Assembly (NCBI GenBank): GCA_964389125.1
Contig: CAYMDX010000001.1
Coordinates: 1 to 52,034 of the forward strand
Source of the DNA: an uncultured Bacteroidales bacterium
GTDB lineage: Bacteria > Bacteroidota > Bacteroidia > Bacteroidales > UBA7960
DNA length: 52,034 nt
Direction of reading: 5' to 3'
Shown piece by piece: positions 9,632 to 18,274 of the stretch (position 1 is its first letter; every line of letters begins with the position of its first letter). Both the position numbers and the translations under genes were made by a program. The notes beneath the pieces were generated by a model. The model saw only the letters and a program-made list of their open reading frames with translations, was not told where the DNA came from and made no database searches.

Positions 9632-10378
9632 TTAGAGGTTTATATTGCTTACCAAACGGTTACCCTCCAAAACGGGCACGATATCCGATACATCCCTGGT
9701 CAGGGCATAGGCAATATCTTTTTCGACTCCCAGTCCCTGAAGGCGTTGGTTGTGTGAAGCACTTTTCAAAAATGCCGGCAGATCATGCTTCGCAGTTTCC
9801 CACAGCGCCATCGCCGCCATGGTGGAGTCACAGTCCGTATAAAACTGTGTGCTATCCAGATACAGGATATGTCTGGCAACAGCCCCGGCAAATACACTAT
9901 CCTCCAGGCTAAAAGTATCTTTCCAGCCTGCACACAAAACGATAACCGGTTTCTTTGTGTTGACGGCGAATCGGGCAACGGCGGATATATTCGGGAAAGC
10001 ACCGGTAATAACGGTATTATTACCATTGGCGGCACACTGGATGGCCCTTGTACCGTTAGTGGTATTCAGCACGATGGTTTTATTGGTGATTCCTGCCTGC
10101 TGAATGGCCAGCGGGGAGTTACCCGTATCAGCAAAATCCAGGGGCTTCCCATTGCGTTCGCCGGCAGTAAAATACCCTTTGGCTTTCCATTCTTTACTCT
10201 CGTCAATGGATTCAACAGGCATAACCGCTTTTGCTCCGCTTTCGAGGGCGGCACTTATGGTGGTGGTGGCCCTGAAAATATCGACAACGATAACCAGGGC
10301 ATCATCCCGCTGATAGAGTGGCCAGGATATCGGTGAAAAACAAACCTGAATGGTATATGTATCTTTCCCTGAATGCAT
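9632..10378 (-). CDS. comB: 2-phosphosulfolactate phosphatase family protein (ComB-like)
   Basis: 248 aa. VVVDIFRATTTISAALESGA and FTAGERNGKP are typical of the ComB family. Confidence 0.72.
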   Translation of the reverse strand: MHSGKDTYTIQVCFSPISWPLYQRDDALVIVVDIFRATTTISAALESGAKAVMPVESIDESKEWKAKGYFTAGERNGKPLDFADTGNSPLAIQQAGITNKTIVLNTTNGTRAIQCAANGNNTVITGAFPNISAVARFAVNTKKPVIVLCAGWKDTFSLEDSVFAGAVARHILYLDSTQFYTDCDSTMAAMALWETAKHDLPAFLKSASHNQRLQGLGVEKDIAYALTRDVSDIVPVLEGNRLVSNINL

Positions 10379-10447
10379 GGTAGGGATCTTTTAAAACGAC
10401 CAACCTGACAGAATTACCTAATAATATAACTCTGTCTGTAATGCTGT

Positions 10448-11542
10448 CTACCGGGGTTTATAAAAAGGCAATGTAACAACTTTGCCCTTGAGGGCCTTGT
10501 TACGGATTTCGATGAATATCTCAGTTTCCGGTTGCTCAAAACCAGTTTTGACATACCCCATGCCAATGGGTTTTTGCAGGGTAGGCGACATGGTTCCGGA
10601 GGTCACTTCTCCAATGTTGTTACCATCTGCATCAAGTATGGCATACCCTTTTCGCGGGATGCCACGTTCCAGCAGTTCAAAACCGACCAGTTTACGGGAA
10701 ACGCCTTCCGTTTTTTCTTTAAGCAGGTTTTCGCGGTTAACCAGGTTTTTGCCTTCGACAAGCTTGGTTACCCATCCCAGACCGGCTTCTATGGGAGAGG
10801 TGGTTTCGTCGATATCGTTGCCATATAATAACAGGCCTGCTTCCAGGCGTAAAGTATCCCTTGCTGCCAGTCCAACCGGTTTGATGCCATATTCTTTTCC
10901 GGCTTCCAGCACGGCATCATAAATAGCCGGGCCGTCTTCATTATAAAAATATATCTCACATCCCCCGGATCCTGTATAGCCTGTATTAGAAAAGATCACA
11001 TTGTCAATGCCGGCAAAACGGATTACCTTAAAAGAGAAAAAAGGCAAGCTCTCCACCGGTTCATCGGTAAGTTTTTGCATGGCTTTCATAGCCAGGGGAC
11101 CCTGAACAGCCAGCTGGGAATACTGATCTGATGCGTTGGTGACGGTGGCACCGATGGTTTCATTCTGTTTGTTGATCCAGTCCAGGTCTTTCTGAATATT
11201 GGCGGCGTTAACCACCAACAGGAACTGCTCTTCATGAAAGCGATAAATGACAAAATCATCCACGATTCCGCCTTTATCGTTCGGGAAGCAGGTATACTGA
11301 ACCTTTCCATCTTTTAGTTTAGCGGCATTATTGGAGCTTACACGTTGCAGCAGGTCAAGGGCTTTGGGGCCTTCTACCCAAATTTCCCCCATATGGGATA
11401 CATCGAACACGCCGAGTTTTTCACGTACTGTTTCGTGTTCGATAGTGACTCCTTCAAATTGAACAGGCATATAATAGCCGGCAAAGGGCACCATTTTAGC
11501 GCCCATATCTTCATGCTTTTCTTTGAGAACAGTGGACTTCAT
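10448..11542 (-). CDS. gcvT: Glycine cleavage system aminomethyltransferase (T protein)
   Basis: 364 aa. GAKMVPFAGYYMPVQF, FDVSHMGEI, and end-to-end resemblance to GcvT. Confidence 0.93.
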   Translation of the reverse strand: MKSTVLKEKHEDMGAKMVPFAGYYMPVQFEGVTIEHETVREKLGVFDVSHMGEIWVEGPKALDLLQRVSSNNAAKLKDGKVQYTCFPNDKGGIVDDFVIYRFHEEQFLLVVNAANIQKDLDWINKQNETIGATVTNASDQYSQLAVQGPLAMKAMQKLTDEPVESLPFFSFKVIRFAGIDNVIFSNTGYTGSGGCEIYFYNEDGPAIYDAVLEAGKEYGIKPVGLAARDTLRLEAGLLLYGNDIDETTSPIEAGLGWVTKLVEGKNLVNRENLLKEKTEGVSRKLVGFELLERGIPRKGYAILDADGNNIGEVTSGTMSPTLQKPIGMGYVKTGFEQPETEIFIEIRNKALKGKVVTLPFYKPR

Positions 11543-11648
11543 CAGGTTTCTATATTTTTTGTATTTAACAATTATGTGAATTAAGGAATGGGCAAAAATA
11601 AGAAAATAGAGGAATTATAAGGTACCCAATTTTTCTGACTTCCAGAGT

Positions 11649-11684
11649 AAAGAAAAGGAGGAGCCTCCTAAACGAAACTCCTCC
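11649..11684 (-). terminator. Intrinsic terminator after the lipoprotein gene
   Basis: On the minus strand, GGAGGAG (complement of 11678-11684) pairs with CTCCTCC (complement of 11657-11663) around a 14-nt loop, followed by TTTTCTTT. It lies 28 nt downstream of the stop at 11712. Confidence 0.6.
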
Positions 11685-11711
11685 TTGACTTTTTTGGAAA
11701 AAAAATACCGG

Positions 11712-13049
11712 TTACTCTATATTTTCAATATAATTCACCAGCTCAAATTGTGGGGGATCGCCTGGTTCCGTGCAAATGTATTCTGCTTCCGGGAACCGAC
11801 GAACCCAATTGTCGGCAAACGTTGCAAAGCGCACATGGAAATGCACATCAATACCACCACGCTGAGGTTGCGCGTCAGGGTACGTATGCTGAAGCAATTC
11901 TATTAGTCCTTCTTCTTTGATGCGCCTTAACATTTCCTCCATCACCGCATCGGGTCCTTCGTTTTCATAGATCTCACCCAGCTCCGGATCGGCATATTCT
12001 CCGTTTTCCAGTTTATCAAGGCGACGTCCGACAATCCGGATATCAAAATTCTGATAAAAAGCGCTGGCGCCATAATAGTAGGCGAAATCATCGTAGCCGA
12101 ACTCTTGCTGACCAATGGGGTCAACCTCAACCAGGTACTCATAGTCTTCGCGATCCATGGTGAAAATCACGGTGGGATCGAAAGCCCAGCCCTCGGTTCC
12201 AAAAATATACTGCTCGGTTCGCTCTTCGACATACGGTGTCATCTCCCACTTTACGCCATCAAATACAAATTTATCGATGTTTTCAACCATTTGATTACCA
12301 TCATAATAATTGTATTTTATTACTTTTTCCGCATCCGGCAAAGCCATGGGGAACTTATTCTTTAGAAAAATGGGGATATGCACCTCCGGCGGATTATCCT
12401 CAGAGAAGTTATTATACGCGGCTACATCACCGCCGAATTCATCATAATCCTCAGGCGTCATCTCATAACCTACATATGGAACATTTTCCCTGGTTTCTAC
12501 CAATTCCCATTCACCATCAGTCAGTTCATACGTATCTTCATTTTTTACAATGTCGCCATTCGGGTTATAATTATAGATGATCTGCACCTGATCTTCTTCT
12601 TCTGCATCGGGGTACTCCCGCTCCAGCAGATCAGGGATGAACTGATGTGCAGGGCTATTGGGTGAAAAGGCGCCATCTATACCAAGAAATGCATAATCCT
12701 GATCGGTGAGCTCATAACCAAACCCTGCATCCCACCATTCGGGATGAATGAGCAGGTGGTTAAAGGTTACATTTGCGACACTTTCGTAGCTTAGTGTAAC
12801 ATACTGATCCGCCAGGATATCAGGAATGTAATCCATGGCAGGCATCGTGTCATTGAACGCATCATATTCTTCGATCACGCCACCAATGTCGCTATAGTCA
12901 CTACTTGTTAAGGTGTAGGTCACGTTCTCGCTGTGAGGCGGTATATCGTCATCCAGTTTTTCATACAGGTCTTCGTTGGGATCACATGCCTGCAACAGGA
13001 AAACAGCCGTTAAGGCTAATAGAAGGCTTATTTTGCTGATATATTTCAT
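11712..13049 (-). CDS. Acidic lipoprotein with four Y-x-[LM]-T-x-x-D-Y type repeats
   Basis: 445 aa. Signal plus lipobox MKYISKISLLLALTAVFLLQAC. Repeats YTLTSSDYSDIGG, YELTDQDYAFLG, YEMTPEDYDEFGG, FTMDREDYEYL. Starts 34 nt after the TonB-dependent receptor stop. Confidence 0.72.
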   Translation of the reverse strand: MKYISKISLLLALTAVFLLQACDPNEDLYEKLDDDIPPHSENVTYTLTSSDYSDIGGVIEEYDAFNDTMPAMDYIPDILADQYVTLSYESVANVTFNHLLIHPEWWDAGFGYELTDQDYAFLGIDGAFSPNSPAHQFIPDLLEREYPDAEEEDQVQIIYNYNPNGDIVKNEDTYELTDGEWELVETRENVPYVGYEMTPEDYDEFGGDVAAYNNFSEDNPPEVHIPIFLKNKFPMALPDAEKVIKYNYYDGNQMVENIDKFVFDGVKWEMTPYVEERTEQYIFGTEGWAFDPTVIFTMDREDYEYLVEVDPIGQQEFGYDDFAYYYGASAFYQNFDIRIVGRRLDKLENGEYADPELGEIYENEGPDAVMEEMLRRIKEEGLIELLQHTYPDAQPQRGGIDVHFHVRFATFADNWVRRFPEAEYICTEPGDPPQFELVNYIENIE

Positions 13050-13083
13050 AATGTGAAGTAGTTAAAGTTCGTAAATCATCCCG

Positions 13084-15660
13084 TTAAAAATCGATCTTCA
13101 GGGTAGTGGTCCATGATCGTCCCCATCCATAGTAGACCAGGGCAGTATCATAGTCAAATGATCTGCCATCGGTGGCATCCCTGATGGCTTCGGTATCAAA
13201 CACATTGTTTACATTGACGTATAAACTGGCATTCATACCGGCAATTTGGAAACGATAGCTCATATTCACATCCATGATTTGGTATGATGGCATTTGCCAG
13301 GAGTCTTCTCCGCGGGTTTCAGTGTCGCCTCTGTCTTCCACGTTAAAATCAGCGAAGAGGCGATCGTAATGGTTGGCGTCAAAACCCATCCGGAAATTAT
13401 CCATGACTTCATAACTTGCGCCAATCGCAGCGGTGGTTTGGGCACTGTTACCCACTCTGAGTCCCCCGGCATACACCTCAATACTGTCAAGCAATACCTG
13501 GTTTTCATCATAAATCTCGGCCGTGAGGTCGTCTTGCCATTTCCAGTCTCCATAGGAAAACATGCCGCGCACTTCAATGTCATCGGTCGGGCGCAGGGTA
13601 AAATCAACTTCCACACCCTGATGCAAGGCATTCAGGCCAGTGACATTGGCTATCACACCCTGTCCGAGGTTTCTGACAAGCGCCTTATCAAGCCATTCCG
13701 TTCTGTAAAGAATGACATTTGCCGCAACAAGTTCTGTCCGGAGACCATAGCCTGTTTCTGCAGAAAATACGCGTTCGTGCTTAACATCTTCATTAATGGT
13801 GTTGGTATAACCAACAAAGGCCCATCTGAAAAAGGGAGCCCTGGTAAAATAACCTGTATTGGCAAAGACGTTATGATGGTCGGTGATGTTATAATTACCA
13901 CCACCTTTGAGGCTCCATGCAAAAAAGTCGACCCAGTCAGTTTGTTGGGTGGGATCATCATCGGCATACTGAAAATAGTCGGTACGCCTATAGTTGGTAA
14001 GAGAGCCGGTTGTTGACACGAAAGCTGAATAGTCATCCGTGACATATTCGGCTTGTGCAAACAGGCCGCCCCACATCACCTCACCCAGGTTGTAGTAGTT
14101 TACCTTGTCTTCTTCCTGAAGCCTCGTGGAAGGATCGCGGTTGATGTCGCTGAATTCCTCATAGTGCGTGCCTCCAAGCAGATCGGTAATTTTCTGGTAA
14201 TGGTATCCTTTATAATAACGAAGGTCAAGGCCACCTGTAAAGGTGATGTTCTCATCATACTCGTGCTGTAACGTAGAAAGCATACCATACCAGTCATGGG
14301 CGTTTACCGCCATGGCCTGAACAGCTTTGGAGCCGGTTTCTGATAGGGCGTTTGCGTCCATTACGGCATCAAAGTCCAGTAAGCCATTCGGGGTAAACTT
14401 GGTTTGGTCGGTTGGCAGACCGGTATCGCGGTCGTATTGAAGCCAGTCGCTCCTTTCACCAATGATCCTGCGGCCACCACCGGATGAAATGGACAGATAA
14501 TAGGCGGTGGAAAGGGTCGTGTTGGGGCTTATAGACCAGTAATGATTCAGTGAAATTTGTGGTTTGTGATACTGGTTGTACGAGGCGCTGAATTCATCAC
14601 CATTCTTAATTCCGAGCGATGGGTTGTAACGGATACCATCGGGGTGATCGCGATAGGTTTGAATTCTTTGACGCGGCCAGCGCTGGTTATGCCATTGCGG
14701 TGCACCAAAAGCCGTAAGAGATAAGGTGTGGCTGCTGTTTATTTCTTTAGACACATTCAGAAAATAGGACCATCCTTCAAAATCCAAGCCCCGCACAAAA
14801 CCTTCACCCGACCTTCTTGCACCAAGAGCGGTAACAGCCCAGCCATTGTCCATCATTCCTGTAGACAAAGAAAAAGACTCTTCCCGGTAGCCATCATGTC
14901 CTATTCCATACCGGAGTGACCCTCCCTTGTTGGCATCAGTGCTTTGGGTGATGATGTTAATGGTGCCTCCCACTGAGCTGATGGCCAGTCGTGATGCACC
15001 AAGACCACGCTGTACCTGCATTGTTTCAGTCACATCAGAAAGGCCTGCCCAGTTTGACCAGTATACGCGTCCGTTCTCCATATCATTCACAGGCACACCA
15101 TTAACAAGTACACCTATGTTGTTGGAGTCAAAACCACGCATATTAATCCTTCCGTCACCAAATCCGCCAGCTTCACGCGTGGCATATACACTGGGTGTAG
15201 ACTGCAACAATTGAGGAAACTCCATGGTACCCAGGCGTTCTGTAATTTCCTCCGCGGAGATATTGGAGATAGCCACCGGGGTCTCACGGTCGCGGGCATA
15301 AGAGGAAACCACCATCACCTCCTGCAAGCCAATGGCACTTTCAACCATTACAATTCTTCCAAGGTCTTTATCGGTAGTGGCGTCCACCGTAAGCGTCTTT
15401 TCCTGATAACCCATATAGGTTATCCTGACAGAGTAGGTGCCAGGATCCACAGTAATTTGAAATTCTCCATCAAGATTAGTGGTTGTGCCGAAAGACCGGT
15501 CTGTATCCACATTTACGAACTCCAGAAGAGCCGAGGGTAACCGGTTTCCGTCTTCATCAACCACATGTCCCTGTATATCGGAGCTGTAAGCTTGATAACC
15601 TGTTAGCAGCATAAGAGCAGCCGCCATCAATAAGCTGATAAATAATTTCGGATTTTGCAT
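13084..15660 (-). CDS. TonB-dependent receptor with N-terminal carboxypeptidase-regulatory-like domain
   Basis: ATG at 15660 gives the signal peptide MQNPKLFISLLMAAALMLLTGYQAYS (ORF-track start 15741 is a likely over-extension). The CarboxypepD_reg-like stretch IQGHVVDEDGNRLP...YSVRITYMGYQ is followed by plug motifs (INMRGF, VLVNGVPVND) and a C-terminal ...TTLKIDF ending in an aromatic residue. Confidence 0.88.
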   Translation of the reverse strand: MQNPKLFISLLMAAALMLLTGYQAYSSDIQGHVVDEDGNRLPSALLEFVNVDTDRSFGTTTNLDGEFQITVDPGTYSVRITYMGYQEKTLTVDATTDKDLGRIVMVESAIGLQEVMVVSSYARDRETPVAISNISAEEITERLGTMEFPQLLQSTPSVYATREAGGFGDGRINMRGFDSNNIGVLVNGVPVNDMENGRVYWSNWAGLSDVTETMQVQRGLGASRLAISSVGGTINIITQSTDANKGGSLRYGIGHDGYREESFSLSTGMMDNGWAVTALGARRSGEGFVRGLDFEGWSYFLNVSKEINSSHTLSLTAFGAPQWHNQRWPRQRIQTYRDHPDGIRYNPSLGIKNGDEFSASYNQYHKPQISLNHYWSISPNTTLSTAYYLSISSGGGRRIIGERSDWLQYDRDTGLPTDQTKFTPNGLLDFDAVMDANALSETGSKAVQAMAVNAHDWYGMLSTLQHEYDENITFTGGLDLRYYKGYHYQKITDLLGGTHYEEFSDINRDPSTRLQEEDKVNYYNLGEVMWGGLFAQAEYVTDDYSAFVSTTGSLTNYRRTDYFQYADDDPTQQTDWVDFFAWSLKGGGNYNITDHHNVFANTGYFTRAPFFRWAFVGYTNTINEDVKHERVFSAETGYGLRTELVAANVILYRTEWLDKALVRNLGQGVIANVTGLNALHQGVEVDFTLRPTDDIEVRGMFSYGDWKWQDDLTAEIYDENQVLLDSIEVYAGGLRVGNSAQTTAAIGASYEVMDNFRMGFDANHYDRLFADFNVEDRGDTETRGEDSWQMPSYQIMDVNMSYRFQIAGMNASLYVNVNNVFDTEAIRDATDGRSFDYDTALVYYGWGRSWTTTLKIDF

Positions 15661-15723
15661 TTTGAATGTCCGTTTGAGATTTGGTTTAAAAAACTTCATG
15701 CATAGATCTGTAAGCGTATTTAA

Positions 15724-15770
15724 GCAAACAGCCGGTAACAATCATATATAAATAATTACCAGCTGTTTGC
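15724..15770 (-). promoter_or_regulatory. Intercistronic hairpin (15-bp stem) between the T9SS-cargo gene and the TonB-dependent receptor gene
   Basis: GCAAACAGCCGGTAA (15724-15738) pairs with TTACCAGCTGTTTGC (15756-15770) at 14 of 15 positions around a 17-nt AT-rich loop. No clear U-tract follows on the minus strand. Confidence 0.6.
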
Positions 15771-15792
15771 AAGTATTATCCATTCATTGATA

Positions 15793-18042
15793 TTATTGTA
15801 TTTGCAATTTTTGGGTGCTTATCTTATCACCTGAACTGATCTCTATCACATACATACCCGGGCTCAGTGAAGCTACATCCAACTGTGTACGGCCCAACTC
15901 CTGACCTGACTTTTCAAGGACCAGCTGTCCGTGCATATTGTAAATGCGCACATGATCCAAATGCGCATCGCTACTCACCACGGTCACATAATCGGTGGCC
16001 GGATTGGGGTAGATGCGTAAATCGAGTGGATCGATCTCGCTTACACTAGTTGTTGGCTCCATAAAGTCGTCCAGCATACGGGGCAATATCTGCATTTCGG
16101 CCTGAAACTGCCCGACAACAGCAATCAGATCTTTGGGTGTTTCCGGAACCGGTTCACCAATATAATCAACCGCATTGGGGTCATTTGGAATATAGACCTG
16201 GCTTTCGGCAGTATCATCATAGATTGCATAGCCGGTATTATCCTCGAACGTTTCTTCTTCAATTTCGTCATGATCAAAGTGGACATTTCTGACAACGACC
16301 AGTTGGGCCTGATGCTCAGGTGTGAGATCAGCCAGGGTCATTTCTACCGGTTCGATTTCATTGTCTTGCGAAGTAGCTTCACCGGGATCTTCGGTAGGTC
16401 CTATCTGCATCAGATTAGAAAACTCACTCAAATGACCTGTCAGTCCGGTGATCCCATCATAAAGCTCATATTCTGATTCAACGATACCATCGGGATCATC
16501 TACAACGATCGCTGCGGTCTCGTCCTGAATATAAAACTGGCCGCGATAACCAAGTTGTTGATGTGTGATGAAGACTTCCCCGGTAATTATGTATGGCAAA
16601 TCACCCATTTCCTGCTCTCTCAGGGTGGCAATATCCGGAACCTCAATGGCTCCCGGGGCAAAATCAAGCATCACCTCGTGAATCCACCATCTGTGTGCAA
16701 GCTCACCCTGATAATTAAAGGCAAGATAAACCACCTCACCGGTAAAATCACCCAGGCTTAATAAGGTTTCCGCAGGATCTTCCACACCTATATCTCCGTC
16801 ATCAGATTCGTATAGTTCCTGAAAATGTTCGTGTTCGGGGTTTCCGCTACCTGTTGAGATCATCACGCCACTGTAGCCATATTCTGTCATAAACTGGTTA
16901 TTCTCAAAGAAAGTGAACAGCATGTTTTCATCATCTGGGAGCTGGATCTGCGGTGTGATGAGCCAGCTGTTGGCTTGCTCTCCCTCAGCAGTGTCATCGT
17001 GATATGCACTGCCATCATCCTGTTCCCAGCCACCTTCTCCGAGCGAATAATGAGCCCAGTGCTCCGGCGGGAATTCCTCACCGTCAAATGTTTCTTCGAA
17101 AGGGAATTCGGTAACCATATCCGGATCAATCTCAACCAGCACGGCGGTATGTGTTAAATCACTGTCCGCGACAGTTACCTGACCATGCGTGGTATGATAC
17201 CCCTCTTTGGACAGGGTGTAATCATAGGTGCCAACAGGAATTTCCTCAAAGAAGTATGGAGCTGATTCGATTGTCTCTCCATAAAACTCCAGCTGTGCAT
17301 CATCAATCTCATTGTTGTCTTCGTCAACAACATTGAAAGTCACATCATAAGCATCGAGGGGTTCAATGTCGTTCCAGTTTCTGGATGAGATGAAGTCACC
17401 TTCTGACCTGGAGTTTGGTAATCCGGTCATGTTAAGATCGCCAGCCGGGACAGGGTCACCTATATAATCAACACCATAGAAGGTAGTTCTAAACGTGGCT
17501 TCAGTCTCTCCGTCGCTGATATCATATTCAGTACCATTTGAAAAAGTCTGATCCGCATCAACAAAGTACACTTCCTCAATGGTAACCAGTCTGGCCTGAT
17601 AATCCATGAAGTTATTCACAAAATCATCCATGGTAATAACAACCGGCTCCACCTCGTTATCACTCGAGGTAGCCTCCCCCGGATCTTCTTCCGGCACAAA
17701 CTGTAACATATTTCCAAATGTGCTGAGTGTCCCGGTAATTCCGGTAATGCCATCATAGATGTCATAATCGGTGGTAATGATGCCACCATCATCATCAATC
17801 ATTATACCCGCTGTTTCATCCTGGATATACTTCTGGTTCCGGAAGCCCTGCTGATAGGTGAGAATGGCTTCACCGGTCAGTTCGTAGACTGTTTCGCCAT
17901 CGTCTTCAGCTTCTCGCAGCTCCTGAATGGTCTCCACCTCGACTACATCTTTGTGATTGCCATTATCAGCCATGCTGCCCAGCGGAATAAACATCAGGAA
18001 AGAAATTAAAACTGCCGTAATTGTAAGTAAATAAGTTTTCAT
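15793..18042 (-). CDS. T9SS-sorted multidomain surface/secreted protein (duplicated OB-like module, no catalytic motif seen)
   Basis: 749 aa with an N-terminal signal peptide. The C-terminal ~78 aa LRIYPNPATDYVTV...GMYVIEISSGDKISTQKLQIQ match the Por/T9SS sorting-domain pattern. The centre holds a CarboxypepD_reg-like stretch (YDVTFNVVDEDNNEI...GTYDYTLSKEGYH) and a jelly-roll-like segment (FEETFDGEEFPPEHW...ANSWLITPQI...). Confidence 0.85.
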   Translation of the reverse strand: MKTYLLTITAVLISFLMFIPLGSMADNGNHKDVVEVETIQELREAEDDGETVYELTGEAILTYQQGFRNQKYIQDETAGIMIDDDGGIITTDYDIYDGITGITGTLSTFGNMLQFVPEEDPGEATSSDNEVEPVVITMDDFVNNFMDYQARLVTIEEVYFVDADQTFSNGTEYDISDGETEATFRTTFYGVDYIGDPVPAGDLNMTGLPNSRSEGDFISSRNWNDIEPLDAYDVTFNVVDEDNNEIDDAQLEFYGETIESAPYFFEEIPVGTYDYTLSKEGYHTTHGQVTVADSDLTHTAVLVEIDPDMVTEFPFEETFDGEEFPPEHWAHYSLGEGGWEQDDGSAYHDDTAEGEQANSWLITPQIQLPDDENMLFTFFENNQFMTEYGYSGVMISTGSGNPEHEHFQELYESDDGDIGVEDPAETLLSLGDFTGEVVYLAFNYQGELAHRWWIHEVMLDFAPGAIEVPDIATLREQEMGDLPYIITGEVFITHQQLGYRGQFYIQDETAAIVVDDPDGIVESEYELYDGITGLTGHLSEFSNLMQIGPTEDPGEATSQDNEIEPVEMTLADLTPEHQAQLVVVRNVHFDHDEIEEETFEDNTGYAIYDDTAESQVYIPNDPNAVDYIGEPVPETPKDLIAVVGQFQAEMQILPRMLDDFMEPTTSVSEIDPLDLRIYPNPATDYVTVVSSDAHLDHVRIYNMHGQLVLEKSGQELGRTQLDVASLSPGMYVIEISSGDKISTQKLQIQ
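16063..16647 (-). repeat. Intragenic duplicated module, copy B (aa ~466-660 of the T9SS cargo)
   Basis: PDIATLREQEMGDLPYIITGEVFITHQQLGYRGQFYIQDETAAIVVDDPDGIVESEYELYDGITGLTGHLSEFSNLMQIGPTEDPGEATS... Both copies also share a downstream DYIG(D/E)PVP segment. Confidence 0.8.
17359..17937 (-). repeat. Intragenic duplicated module, copy A (aa ~36-228 of the T9SS cargo)
   Basis: ETIQELREAEDDGETVYELTGEAILTYQQGFRNQKYIQDETAGIMIDDDGGIITTDYDIYDGITGITGTLSTFGNMLQFVPEEDPGEATS... aligns by eye with copy B. Confidence 0.8.
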
Positions 18043-18274
18043 AGTATTGTGTTTTGGTTCATAAATTGTTGTTGTGTAAACGTTGTTGAGAATCTCTATA
18101 ACTATTTTTATTTAATATCTGATATACAATATATTAAGAATGTGTGTAACCCAGTGTCTTGGTTTTGTTACAATTAGGCTAAAATAACAAAAAATTGTAA
18201 AATTCTAACGCTTTTCTTGTCAATTCGCTTTGATATTTCTTTACAAACAATTGGTTTAAGAAAGCAAAAACATT

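Noticed and set aside
9785-10336. 183-aa plus-strand ORF
   Set aside because: It is antisense to the ComB-like gene, with a Gly/Ile-rich product and no motifs.
13294-14016. 240-aa plus-strand ORF (and the 135-aa and 121-aa minus-strand out-of-frame ORFs nearby)
   Set aside because: They lie inside the TonB-dependent receptor gene, antisense or out of frame to it. The receptor reading frame is continuous and motif-supported.
15661-15741. N-terminal extensions proposed by the ORF track (also 1922-1993, 21056-21106, 26676-26816, 30066-30074, 31100-31105, 33541-33546, 43726-43737, 49188-49190, 49638-49667)
   Set aside because: The extensions use TTG/GTG codons, overlap the preceding gene, or precede an internal ATG that yields a proper signal peptide or a conserved N-terminus. 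I trimmed these genes to the internal ATG.
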